Origin: a virus
Lineage: Duplodnaviria > Caudoviricetes
Length of the DNA stretch: 28,940 bases
Virus record (IMG/VR): IMGVR_UViG_3300042393_000132
Location: 1 to 28,940 of that record
Reading direction: 5' to 3' (one strand)
A model generated the notes under the pieces. That model saw only the letters and a program-made list of their open reading frames with translations, was not told the origin of the DNA and did not search any database. A program made the translations under genes and the position numbers. Shown one piece after another: positions 13,875 through 23,085 of this stretch. Each line of letters starts with the position of its first letter. Position 1 is the first letter of the stretch.

Positions 13875-15878
13875 TTATATTAAGCCTGCTGCTGAGGATT
13901 TTTTCAAGTAATTTGTTGAGAAAGCACCTGGTGCATTACCTGCAGAACCACCAAATGAACCACGTTCCATAGATGCTAAACGCTTACGCTTGGTTGCTGC
14001 ATCTTGATTGTTCTTAAGGAACTCTTCTTCAGCAGTTTGTTGAGTATACTTAATACCCGCTTCACCATAAATATCACCCAACTTTTGTGTATCTGGTAAT
14101 ACTTCTTTAATTTCTGCAGTGCCCTTAAGTGCACCAGCACGGTCAATACCATACTGTGCAAGTTCAGCAGACCTCTGTTGAGTATAAGATAAACCTTGTC
14201 CAAGAAATGCACTACCAATTTCAGCAGATGTTACCTTCTCTGTTAACTTAGGCAAACCTTCTGCTGGGTTAAGGAAGTAACCAACTAAGTCTGCATCGTT
14301 AATGTTTGGATAGAACTCTTTAAGTAGTTTCTTAATTGTTGGGTCAGCGTTTTTAACACGCGCTACTGACAAATCAACACGACTTTTAAACTCATCAGCA
14401 CTAATATCATTACCGATAATCTGAGCCATCTTAAGTTGCTTTGCTTGTCTATCAATGCCAAAGTAGTTTGCTTGACCATATGATGTTAATATTTCATCAT
14501 ATGCTCGTTCTGTTGCTAGGTAAATGTCTTCTCTTAAAACGTTCTTGCCAGCAGCACGGCGAAGGTCATTGCCTTTAAATCGTGCAATATATTCTGGAGA
14601 AGTACGGAGTTCAACAGTTGCTTGTTCTGGTCCAAGGTCACGTTCCATGTAACCCTTAATTGTTGGTACTAAAGATTCTAAACCATAGTCACGAAAGGTT
14701 GCTTCAAGTAACGCATAGGCATCTTTAAACTCTTGTGATTTAATTGGACCAGTTCCTTGATTAAGGATTTCCTGTGAACCATCAGAAAAGTAACCAATAG
14801 TATTTCCAGTTTTACCATCAACTCTTGTTTCAATAAGAGTTTTTGTAGGTTTATCAGGTGGTATAGGTAATACAGGTGGTACAGGTGGTACAGGTGGTAT
14901 AGGTGGTACAACTGTATCATCTGTTGGTACTTCAGCAGGACTAGCGTTAGGGTCGCCTAAAATAGGATTACCACTACCAGGAGTAGATGGAGTAGTTGCT
15001 GGAGTAGTTGCTGGAGTAGTTGCTGGAATAGTTGTTGGAGTGGTAGCACCTGCTACAATCTTATTTCCAGTTGCATCAACAGTGGCACCTTTACCGACAA
15101 CAATTCCAGTTGGGCTTACACCACTAGTAACTCCTGCGGGGTTACGACCAGATTCCCATCCAGCAGCCTTGCTACCAACAAGAGGAGAACCAATAGGCAT
15201 AACAATTTGCCACGTTCCCGCTACGCCACCAATCCACTTAACAACTCCGCCACCCTTAATCTGCTCTGCAGACATAATTGGCTTAGCGGCAATTGCTTGT
15301 GCGGCAGCAACTTGCTTGTCAATAAGAGCATTGTAGTCAACAGATGAACCAATATCACGACCAAGAATAGTTTCTACTGGTGAAGCAAGTCCCCCAGCAA
15401 TACCTTTTGCAACGCTACCAGGTACAATTTGATTAACATCTGATGCAATAACATCTGGATTTTTAACAATCTTATCGGTAATAACTGGAACAATTTTTAC
15501 AAGAAGTTCTTTATTACTATTTGGATTAAGAATAGTTGCTAGTTTATTAATACTATCTTGTACGACCTTAGCGACTTCCTGCTTATTCGGTTCTGTACCA
15601 GATGTCGTACTAGTGACTGCTGGAGATTCAAGTGCATCTCTAATTGCAATACCAGTAATAAGTTCAATTTGTTGAATTGTAAGACCAATTGGACCAGTAT
15701 TTGGATTACTCTTTAATGCAGCAGCAGCGCCTTGGGCAGCATATCTGGCACCACTAACATCTGCTGCAGTAGGCTTAGATACTGCTACAGGTGCAGGTTT
15801 TGCAGTAGATGTTGACTCTGTTGAAAAATCGTTACCGCCATCTACCATCATTGCATCTTTAAAAAAAGAACGTACCAT
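13875..15878 (-). CDS. probable internal virion (ejection) protein with Pro/Thr linker (667 aa)
   Basis: Ala/Gly-rich N-half, PT linker, helical C-half; last of three large genes between portal and scaffold. Role inferred. Confidence 0.6.
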   Translation of the reverse strand: MVRSFFKDAMMVDGGNDFSTESTSTAKPAPVAVSKPTAADVSGARYAAQGAAAALKSNPNTGPIGLTIQQIELITGIAIRDALESPAVTSTTSGTEPNKQEVAKVVQDSINKLATILNPNSNKELLVKIVPVITDKIVKNPDVIASDVNQIVPGSVAKGIAGGLASPVETILGRDIGSSVDYNALIDKQVAAAQAIAAKPIMSAEQIKGGGVVKWIGGVAGTWQIVMPIGSPLVGSKAAGWESGRNPAGVTSGVSPTGIVVGKGATVDATGNKIVAGATTPTTIPATTPATTPATTPSTPGSGNPILGDPNASPAEVPTDDTVVPPIPPVPPVPPVLPIPPDKPTKTLIETRVDGKTGNTIGYFSDGSQEILNQGTGPIKSQEFKDAYALLEATFRDYGLESLVPTIKGYMERDLGPEQATVELRTSPEYIARFKGNDLRRAAGKNVLREDIYLATERAYDEILTSYGQANYFGIDRQAKQLKMAQIIGNDISADEFKSRVDLSVARVKNADPTIKKLLKEFYPNINDADLVGYFLNPAEGLPKLTEKVTSAEIGSAFLGQGLSYTQQRSAELAQYGIDRAGALKGTAEIKEVLPDTQKLGDIYGEAGIKYTQQTAEEEFLKNNQDAATKRKRLASMERGSFGGSAGNAPGAFSTNYLKKSSAAGLI
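14856..14909 (-). repeat. 9-bp tandem repeat x6 (AGGTGGTAY on +) encoding VPPIPPVPPVPPVLPIPP
   Basis: Read directly; one degenerate unit (AGGTAATAC). Confidence 0.9.
14989..15048 (-). repeat. 12-bp tandem repeat (GGAGTAGTTGCT x3 plus 2 degenerate) encoding ATTP
   Basis: Read directly. Confidence 0.9.
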
Positions 15879-15882
15879 TTAC

Positions 15883-17151
15883 TTAGCCCACCAATCCAAA
15901 TGAACTAAGGATACTGTTTGCATAGTTTGCTGCTTCTTCACGAGCACCCTTGGTCTTTATAAAATCACCCTTTGTCTCTGCAGATGTTCTTAAGTATTTT
16001 GTGTAATCATCAAAACTCATAACGCCTGACTTACCACTATTCTTTATTGCATTTTGAATATCTTTATCAAAGATACTAAATGCATTGCTTGGCTTCTCAA
16101 GAACCTTGCTTTTATATGCAGCAAATTGATTAGCGATATCAACAGGCTTAACACCTGCGTCAATAAGTGGGGCTATATTGCCATAGAAAGCCTTAGACAT
16201 CTGGCGAATAATATTCTTTTGACTATCAAGTGCACCTGTATTAAGGCTACCACCAACAGTTAAACCAGATGATACGTAATCAAATGCCTGCTTACTATCT
16301 AGTTGAATACCATATTCACCAGCAAAATCTTTAAGGTCAAGAATTTGTTTTGCTATTCTGCCGCCTAGTTTGTCAATACCTTCTAATGCTGTGCCCTTCA
16401 AAGAAGGAGCAATGACCTTTGATGCAATACGGAAGTAGTCATCCTCATTAAGATACTCACCAGTTGTTGTCTGAACGGTTCCCTTAACAGTAGCCTTCTT
16501 ACTAGCGGCTGACTGTTCTGCTGAAAGCAGTTTAAAGTATTCATCTTTTTGTTCTGTTGTTGCATTCATTCCAGTTAATTCAAATATAAATGCCTGAATA
16601 TCTTGGTCAGCATCTAGTCTTTTTGTAGACTCAATAGTAGTATCAATAGATGGTTCATCTGGTGTTATGCCAGACTTCTTAGTACCTAACCATGAACTAA
16701 ATCCAGCAAACTTATAACTGCTTTGACCAGGATTAAGTGTATACTTCTGCACCTGTTCCATTGTATGTGAGTTTGCTGCATCAATAAGCGCATTATTAAA
16801 AGATGCTTCATCTTTGCGTGTGTAATCAGGCTTTGATAGAAACCCTAACTCATACAACTTCTTGCGCAATGCTTCAAGACCACCGCTTTTTGTTGCATTT
16901 TGTTTGTACAACTGAACCATTTGTGATTCGGTTGCAATACTAAAGTCAACACCATTTGCTGAAGGTACAAAGTAAACACGTATTGTTTGACCACTTTTAT
17001 TTTGAACAAGTCGAAAATTACCGTATGGGTCTTGCTCAATACTTAGGTCTCCGCCTTGACCAAATCTTTTTGCTAATGCGTTTACATCTCCAGCCTTTTT
17101 TGCTGCGGCTGCTGCTGCTTCTGCTCTTGCTTCTTCTGCTGATTTAGCCAT
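15883..17151 (-). CDS. probable internal virion (ejection) protein (422 aa)
   Basis: Helical, Cys-free, middle of the three-gene block. Role inferred. Confidence 0.55.
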   Translation of the reverse strand: MAKSAEEARAEAAAAAAKKAGDVNALAKRFGQGGDLSIEQDPYGNFRLVQNKSGQTIRVYFVPSANGVDFSIATESQMVQLYKQNATKSGGLEALRKKLYELGFLSKPDYTRKDEASFNNALIDAANSHTMEQVQKYTLNPGQSSYKFAGFSSWLGTKKSGITPDEPSIDTTIESTKRLDADQDIQAFIFELTGMNATTEQKDEYFKLLSAEQSAASKKATVKGTVQTTTGEYLNEDDYFRIASKVIAPSLKGTALEGIDKLGGRIAKQILDLKDFAGEYGIQLDSKQAFDYVSSGLTVGGSLNTGALDSQKNIIRQMSKAFYGNIAPLIDAGVKPVDIANQFAAYKSKVLEKPSNAFSIFDKDIQNAIKNSGKSGVMSFDDYTKYLRTSAETKGDFIKTKGAREEAANYANSILSSFGLVG

Positions 17152-17154
17152 GTG

Positions 17155-20100
17155 TTACGAACCCTTCTTTGGTCCAGCAGAGATAGTATCTCTTGAGTAT
17201 GAGTTAAGTAATGGTGTTAAAATTAAACGACTTGCTTCTTTAATTTCTGGTACTGATTCAGATAAGTTATCAATGATTGCTTGCACTCTAGCCTTTTCGC
17301 TTGCTTTTCTACCTGAGTAATCAAAGGCATCTTTGTTATCATTATCATTAGCAAAGGCTATAAAGCCGTTAATCTCATCGATTGCAAATCTAAATGTTGC
17401 TCTTAGTTCTTTACTGATAGGAGCCTTGGGGTCTCTTACTGCTGCATTAAGATTATAGAATCTATTGCTTAAGTTACCTTGTTCTTGTACGTTACCCTTA
17501 ATCTCAGCAGCAAGCATTGGGTTTGCTATAAGCATTGCTGTACGCGAACGTTCTGAATCGGCAATAATTAATTGACGCAATGATGTGTCATTAGTTGCCT
17601 TAAGTTGCTCTTCTTCGCTATCTTTAATCTTAAAGTATACGCTCTTATCAACTGCTAAACGCACTTGGTCTAGGTACTCTTCAAATGTAGGTATATCTAC
17701 AAGACCAACTGAAGTCATCCAGCCATAAACATCTGGGTTGTATTCACCAACCTTAGGTGCAAATAACCATGCTGCTTCTTTGTAATCATCTAAGAATCGT
17801 GAATTCTTTACAGCCCAATTCTTTACATTGTCTGTTTTATTAATGAACACTTTGTATTCTTTGTTATTACGTGGCTCAATAAATGCGGCTCTACCAGGAT
17901 TCTTGCCTACAAATGTAGCAAGTGCTAAATCCCAGGCATTGGCAGCATTAGCACCATCATTCTTAAGAACACTATTATATAAATCCCAGAACTGAGCATT
18001 AGGGCTAGTAAGTCCTGCTTGCTTTAGGAACTCAGGAAGAGTTGCAGTCTCACGTAGTGATGGTTGACCAGGTGAAACTTGAGCAAACATATTACGAAAG
18101 ATAACAATGTTAGATGCAGCAATTCGTACGTTCTTTAAGTACTTTGAGTTGGCTTTAACAAACTCATCTTCACGACCAATGTAATCCTCTTGGCGTGGAG
18201 CGCCATTGCCAAATGCTTCTAGGTATGAAATAGCCTGTAAACCAGCAGTAATCTTTTGGCGGTCCTTTTCTGCTGGGCTAAGAGAATTCCATACTCCTTG
18301 GAATAGCATAGGAGTAATTGCTCGCTGTAAATCTAAACTAGCACCAATGTTTCCTAATGCAATTGTATCAATTTCATCGGCTGCTGCATTTGTAAAGACG
18401 TTAATCTTTTCTTTAACAGATGATGGCAAGAAAAAGAAGTTATTACGAAGCAGTCCCTTTATTGCAAGCATAGATACAGCAGCAGTTGGACCAGATAGTG
18501 TTGGTTGTCCTGCATCTGGAGAAAATGAAGGGTTAATTAAACGTAGTTTAAGAGCAATGTCATTAAATACTGGAATCTTAAAGTTATCATTGCCAGTTAA
18601 TGTACGAACTACAGGCTCTAAGACGCTACTAATAATAACATCTGTAGGGAAAATGATGTAATCATTACCCTGTTCATCTGTATACACATCGCCATTGGCT
18701 TCTAAGCCCTGATGCAGTAAGCGCATACGATATAGAGTACGCAATGGAGCCTTTGTATAAAGGCGATACACACGGCGATAAAAGTCTTCTGTCGCACGAT
18801 AGAATCGTCCAACTGAACGGACAGATACTGCAAGATTAGAACGTACTGAAGGGTTATCTACATACTTTAGTAATGTATTTGTAGCATCTGACCATGCTAA
18901 TTCAATAACTTGCTTTTCAGCAAGAGCATCAGCATCTTTTCTAGCACGTTTTAAAAAGTTCGGACCTGGATTAGGATTCATTGCTATCAAATTATCATAA
19001 TGGTCGTTAGCAATGTTAGCCTGAAAGGGTTTCAATTCTTTTAAATTACGAGTTACGCTAATCCACAACATCTTTTGACGATAGATACCATTTACTTGAG
19101 CATCCATTACATCCATTGTCCAGTTTCCAAAGCGGTCAAGGAATCCGCCAATGCCTTCAAACTCCTCAAATGCCTTTGCATCAAATCCTTCGCCAGAAAC
19201 ATTAACTAAACGTGTGTTAACTAGACCAGATGTAGGTATCATACCTAGAGTTGCATCTTCAAACTCTTTAAAGTCCGTTACTTCAATAGCCTTTGACCAA
19301 GTATCAAATGGAGTTTGCTTCTTAGCCTCTGCTTCTTTAAGAATTGCTGTACGCTTTTGACGGATAAGATTAAATAGTGTGTCATTAAATCCATTAGTAG
19401 TACCGTGGAAAGTTGTCTTCATATCTAACAACATATTTGTTACAATAGCATCAGCAATATCAATGTCAGATAGACCTTGTTGACGATAAGCAGCAGTAGT
19501 ACTGTAAGGAGAAATAAACTTTGTTACAAGTTCTGTATCTTTGCGCGGAACAAGCAATCCAGTCTCGTTATCATAACGAATACCTATTTGTTCAAGCATA
19601 TCTCTACGAGCCTTTGTTAGGTCTTTAGAGTCACGCAAACCATTATTAGAAAAGAAGAATGGTGTTGGATTAACATAGACACCAGGTGCAACCTTTTGAC
19701 CATTAAAGCCAAAACGCATCATCCAGTTGTCATAGAACGCCATAGCGCGTTCTTTGTCTCTCATTTTATTTAACTCACGTGGAGTATATGTCTTAGACTT
19801 TTTAAGTCCTTGCTCTTGGAAAAACCTATCCCAAGCATTCCCAGTAAACATAGAATCTATGTACTCAACATCAATTCTAGATGACATGCTTGCCTTTGCG
19901 CTAACAGACTGCGCAAGTGAATCAATCATATGTGGGTTGTGCTTCATTACTAAACGAAGTGCTTCCCAAGTTTCTTTAGGCAATGTCTTGCCATAAAAAG
20001 AAATTGCACGGTCTATAGTAGATTCCATAATTTCGGCTTGTAGAACGTTGCCAATAGGACCATCGCCTGCAAGGTCTTCAAGAATCTTACGGCGTGCTTC

Positions 20101-22434
20101 TGCTGGTAGTTTTGTACGTGGGTCTAAGTGTGGAAACAATTTATAAACTCCACGCTTATACATACCAATACCAGAACTAGAACCAGTAACGGCAGTAGCC
20201 GCTTTAATCTGTGCTCCAGTTGCATTAAACGGCGCAGTTGCAAGATTCATTAAATCTGATGCTGGCGCAGATAAACCAGCAAACGAGATTTCATCAATAG
20301 CATTTCTAACACCAGCACGAGGGAAAAGAGTGTACTTAGTCCACCAGTCATTGTACTTACGCGCCCACGGATGGCGAGCAGTACCGTTGATTGCATTTAT
20401 AAAAGTAAGTTTATCCGATAACTTATCTGCTGCAGCAAGTTCATATGCTAAGTCAAACCTAATTGGAGCAATACCTTCAGCAACCTGAGCGGGATGGATA
20501 ATTCCACGGCTTGTCATAATTGGAACATCATTGTCGTACTTATAAATAGCACGAGGTAGTTCTGATTCCCAGCCTTGTGGAATCTCAACACGAGCAAGGC
20601 TTGTCATACCAGCCTTTTCATTAAAGGTTGAGTTTAATAGTTCATCAATATGGTTGTCACCATTTATTTGACCGTTAATTCCAATTTTCTTATAGAAAGA
20701 TGCATATAGATTACGAATCATTGTAACTTGATACTCAACTGATTCATCTACAAAGTGTTCAGCCATAACATCTGCATAGTGACGTGGAAAGCCAACAACA
20801 TGCAGTAGGTTTCGTACTTCTTCAATAGTTTTTATTGCATCTGGTCCATAAAGAATACGACCAGGTGCACGTGAAAACATTCTTCTAGCACGACTTACTG
20901 TTGTATTTATTTCTTTATTAATACGATTAATTTCATCTAGCATTGGAGATAACAAACTATCTTCTTTTGCTGCAGTTAACTTAAGTTTATCAACGGCTTC
21001 TTTAGCAGACATGTCAAGTGTCTTAAGTTCTGCATCATCTAGTTTTCCAAATAAACGATTACTAACATCTGTTTGAATTTTAGTTCTAAGTATGCGAGTA
21101 CGGCGAGCAACTGGAATACCACTGCGGTAGAAGTCAGTACCATCAACACGCAAGCCAAGTAGGTATCGTCCATTCTCACCCATTTGGAAAAACTTTAAAG
21201 CAGAAGGAGCATCAAATGCTCCTGCGGCTGATAGTTCTCTTACAACACCTTCATTAGCCCATTCAGGAAACTCTTCACGGATGCCACGATAGACTAACGC
21301 TTTTTCTGCTTTAGTCTCAGCATCTGCAAATCTTTTTACAGCAGGACCAAGTTGGTCATTCCATAATTTAACAACATCTGATTCACCAAATACAAAACGT
21401 GTGGCTTCTTTAATTCCCATATCGCCACCACGTTCAGCAATAAATTGATACTGCTGTGCTAGGCGTTCTCCACGATTTTTAAATCCACCAAATTGTGCAG
21501 CCTCAACTAAGCCAACTTTTACACCACCAATACCCTTGGTGGCTACCTTAATTATTGGTCCTATACCAATCCAGTTAAGTGGGTCTCCAGGATTAAATAT
21601 TTGATATACAGCATCTACTGGACCAGAAACTAATTTACTTGCTGTTATCTGACCCTCAGTTGTGGTTACATCAATACCAAGTTTTTTAACAACCTTAACA
21701 GCCCAATGATTAGGGTCTCCTCCAACAGTTGTTTGAGGACGTGCTAAGTTTCGACCAGGACTAAGTTGAGAACCTTGTTTAATTTCATCAAGAATTTTTT
21801 GAAACTTATCTGGTTCGTTTACTTGAAATAGTAATGCTGTATACATTTCATCGTCAATGCCGCTACCGTATAAATCAATAGACTCACCAGGAGTCTTAAA
21901 CTCTGCAGCACCACGTGCAAGTGTGGTTAGGGCTTTGCCGTATTTCTTTTCATAGGCAGCCACATCTTCCCAACGCCACTGGTTCATTCCATTATATGCA
22001 TCAGATAAAACTTTTTTAGTAAATGGTTTGTCTTGATAAACAGTTTGCTGTATTACGTTACCCGTAGTATTGGCAACTTTACCAAGAGTTGCCGCTGCTT
22101 CAAATGCCATACCAATTGGGCTAAACTTTAGAGTATTAATTGCTGAATTACTAACATATTGCAAAGCCTTACCTAAAAGGTTTTGTTCTACTTCAAACCG
22201 TTTTTGATTAGGATGAAGCGTACGGATATTTGTTTGAACAATTGGGTCTAGGTCAAGAAACTCTTTACGAGCCTTATCTTCACCTAACTTAAGAAGTTTA
22301 GAAGCCTTAACATATGTCTGAGACATCTGTTCAACCATGTTACGTTGGGCTGGTGGTAAGTTTGCATTTTTTACAGCATCAGCAAAGCCAGGACTAACTT
22401 TAATTACAGACGGGTCTAAAGGTACCTCTGCCAC
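17155..22434 (-). CDS. large probable internal virion (ejection) protein (1759 aa)
   Basis: Size and helical composition like podovirus ejection proteins; lacks tape-measure periodicity; no catalytic motif recognised. Confidence 0.6.
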   Translation of the reverse strand: MAEVPLDPSVIKVSPGFADAVKNANLPPAQRNMVEQMSQTYVKASKLLKLGEDKARKEFLDLDPIVQTNIRTLHPNQKRFEVEQNLLGKALQYVSNSAINTLKFSPIGMAFEAAATLGKVANTTGNVIQQTVYQDKPFTKKVLSDAYNGMNQWRWEDVAAYEKKYGKALTTLARGAAEFKTPGESIDLYGSGIDDEMYTALLFQVNEPDKFQKILDEIKQGSQLSPGRNLARPQTTVGGDPNHWAVKVVKKLGIDVTTTEGQITASKLVSGPVDAVYQIFNPGDPLNWIGIGPIIKVATKGIGGVKVGLVEAAQFGGFKNRGERLAQQYQFIAERGGDMGIKEATRFVFGESDVVKLWNDQLGPAVKRFADAETKAEKALVYRGIREEFPEWANEGVVRELSAAGAFDAPSALKFFQMGENGRYLLGLRVDGTDFYRSGIPVARRTRILRTKIQTDVSNRLFGKLDDAELKTLDMSAKEAVDKLKLTAAKEDSLLSPMLDEINRINKEINTTVSRARRMFSRAPGRILYGPDAIKTIEEVRNLLHVVGFPRHYADVMAEHFVDESVEYQVTMIRNLYASFYKKIGINGQINGDNHIDELLNSTFNEKAGMTSLARVEIPQGWESELPRAIYKYDNDVPIMTSRGIIHPAQVAEGIAPIRFDLAYELAAADKLSDKLTFINAINGTARHPWARKYNDWWTKYTLFPRAGVRNAIDEISFAGLSAPASDLMNLATAPFNATGAQIKAATAVTGSSSGIGMYKRGVYKLFPHLDPRTKLPAEARRKILEDLAGDGPIGNVLQAEIMESTIDRAISFYGKTLPKETWEALRLVMKHNPHMIDSLAQSVSAKASMSSRIDVEYIDSMFTGNAWDRFFQEQGLKKSKTYTPRELNKMRDKERAMAFYDNWMMRFGFNGQKVAPGVYVNPTPFFFSNNGLRDSKDLTKARRDMLEQIGIRYDNETGLLVPRKDTELVTKFISPYSTTAAYRQQGLSDIDIADAIVTNMLLDMKTTFHGTTNGFNDTLFNLIRQKRTAILKEAEAKKQTPFDTWSKAIEVTDFKEFEDATLGMIPTSGLVNTRLVNVSGEGFDAKAFEEFEGIGGFLDRFGNWTMDVMDAQVNGIYRQKMLWISVTRNLKELKPFQANIANDHYDNLIAMNPNPGPNFLKRARKDADALAEKQVIELAWSDATNTLLKYVDNPSVRSNLAVSVRSVGRFYRATEDFYRRVYRLYTKAPLRTLYRMRLLHQGLEANGDVYTDEQGNDYIIFPTDVIISSVLEPVVRTLTGNDNFKIPVFNDIALKLRLINPSFSPDAGQPTLSGPTAAVSMLAIKGLLRNNFFFLPSSVKEKINVFTNAAADEIDTIALGNIGASLDLQRAITPMLFQGVWNSLSPAEKDRQKITAGLQAISYLEAFGNGAPRQEDYIGREDEFVKANSKYLKNVRIAASNIVIFRNMFAQVSPGQPSLRETATLPEFLKQAGLTSPNAQFWDLYNSVLKNDGANAANAWDLALATFVGKNPGRAAFIEPRNNKEYKVFINKTDNVKNWAVKNSRFLDDYKEAAWLFAPKVGEYNPDVYGWMTSVGLVDIPTFEEYLDQVRLAVDKSVYFKIKDSEEEQLKATNDTSLRQLIIADSERSRTAMLIANPMLAAEIKGNVQEQGNLSNRFYNLNAAVRDPKAPISKELRATFRFAIDEINGFIAFANDNDNKDAFDYSGRKASEKARVQAIIDNLSESVPEIKEASRLILTPLLNSYSRDTISAGPKKGS

Positions 22435-22839
22435 TTAGTACCCACTATCGTCAAGCATCCGAAGAACTAATTCGGTATCTCCACTACGGTCATACTGGGC
22501 AATATCTTTTAATACGTTATAAATATCTGGCTTTGAACTAGGAAGGTTTAATGTATTTGGACCATCACCAAAAGGAATACCAAAAGTCATTGCTTCGTTT
22601 GGACGCTCAGTAGGAGCACTTAATGGTGTAACTGGTCCCGTTGCAAAAGGATTACCAGCCATTGCTGCTGCACCTTGAACAGAATTAGTGTCTTTATTTT
22701 CACCATAACCAAAACCTGTATATTCTTGCTGTGGTTGTGTCATACCTTCGGTAGCACCACCATCTGTACGCTGTGACAATGCACCAGGACCTGATGCAGG
22801 TGCTGGATTACTGGGCTGACGATAACCTCCACGTGCCAT
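22435..22839 (-). CDS. Gly/Pro-rich virion-module protein (134 aa)
   Basis: MARGGYRQPSNPAPASGPGALSQRTDGG; TAATG coupled; abuts the GTG start of the next gene. Confidence 0.75.
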   Translation of the reverse strand: MARGGYRQPSNPAPASGPGALSQRTDGGATEGMTQPQQEYTGFGYGENKDTNSVQGAAAMAGNPFATGPVTPLSAPTERPNEAMTFGIPFGDGPNTLNLPSSKPDIYNVLKDIAQYDRSGDTELVLRMLDDSGY

Positions 22840-23075
22840 TATTCGTCCTCCTCATCCATGTATTTTCTAATGTCTTCTAATGTTGGTGCTGTTTGCATCC
22901 ATTCAGGATGCATTTCTTTTGCAGATAAAATCCATAATGCATTATCAACTGTAAATCCTGCTTTGCGTAATGATTTAAAAAACTCATTTAGTTCAATTGA
23001 ATATTGGTCTAACTTTGAGTAACTCTCATCAGCAACTGTTTTAACCTTTGTGGTTCTCTTGCGAGGTGCTGCCAT
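22839..23075 (-). CDS. hypothetical protein (78 aa)
   Basis: TAAGGAG RBS; basic N-terminus, acidic C-terminus. Confidence 0.75.
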   Translation of the reverse strand: MAAPRKRTTKVKTVADESYSKLDQYSIELNEFFKSLRKAGFTVDNALWILSAKEMHPEWMQTAPTLEDIRKYMDEEDE

Positions 23076-23085
23076 GACTTACTCC

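Noticed and set aside
14856-15048. Tandem repeats as a CRISPR array or replication origin
   Set aside because: Units are 9 and 12 bp without spacers and are in-frame coding repeats.
17155-22434. Virion RNA polymerase or tape measure protein
   Set aside because: No DxDGD or single-subunit RNAP motifs recognised and no tape-measure periodicity or tail tube/chaperone genes; a remote match cannot be excluded without HMM search.
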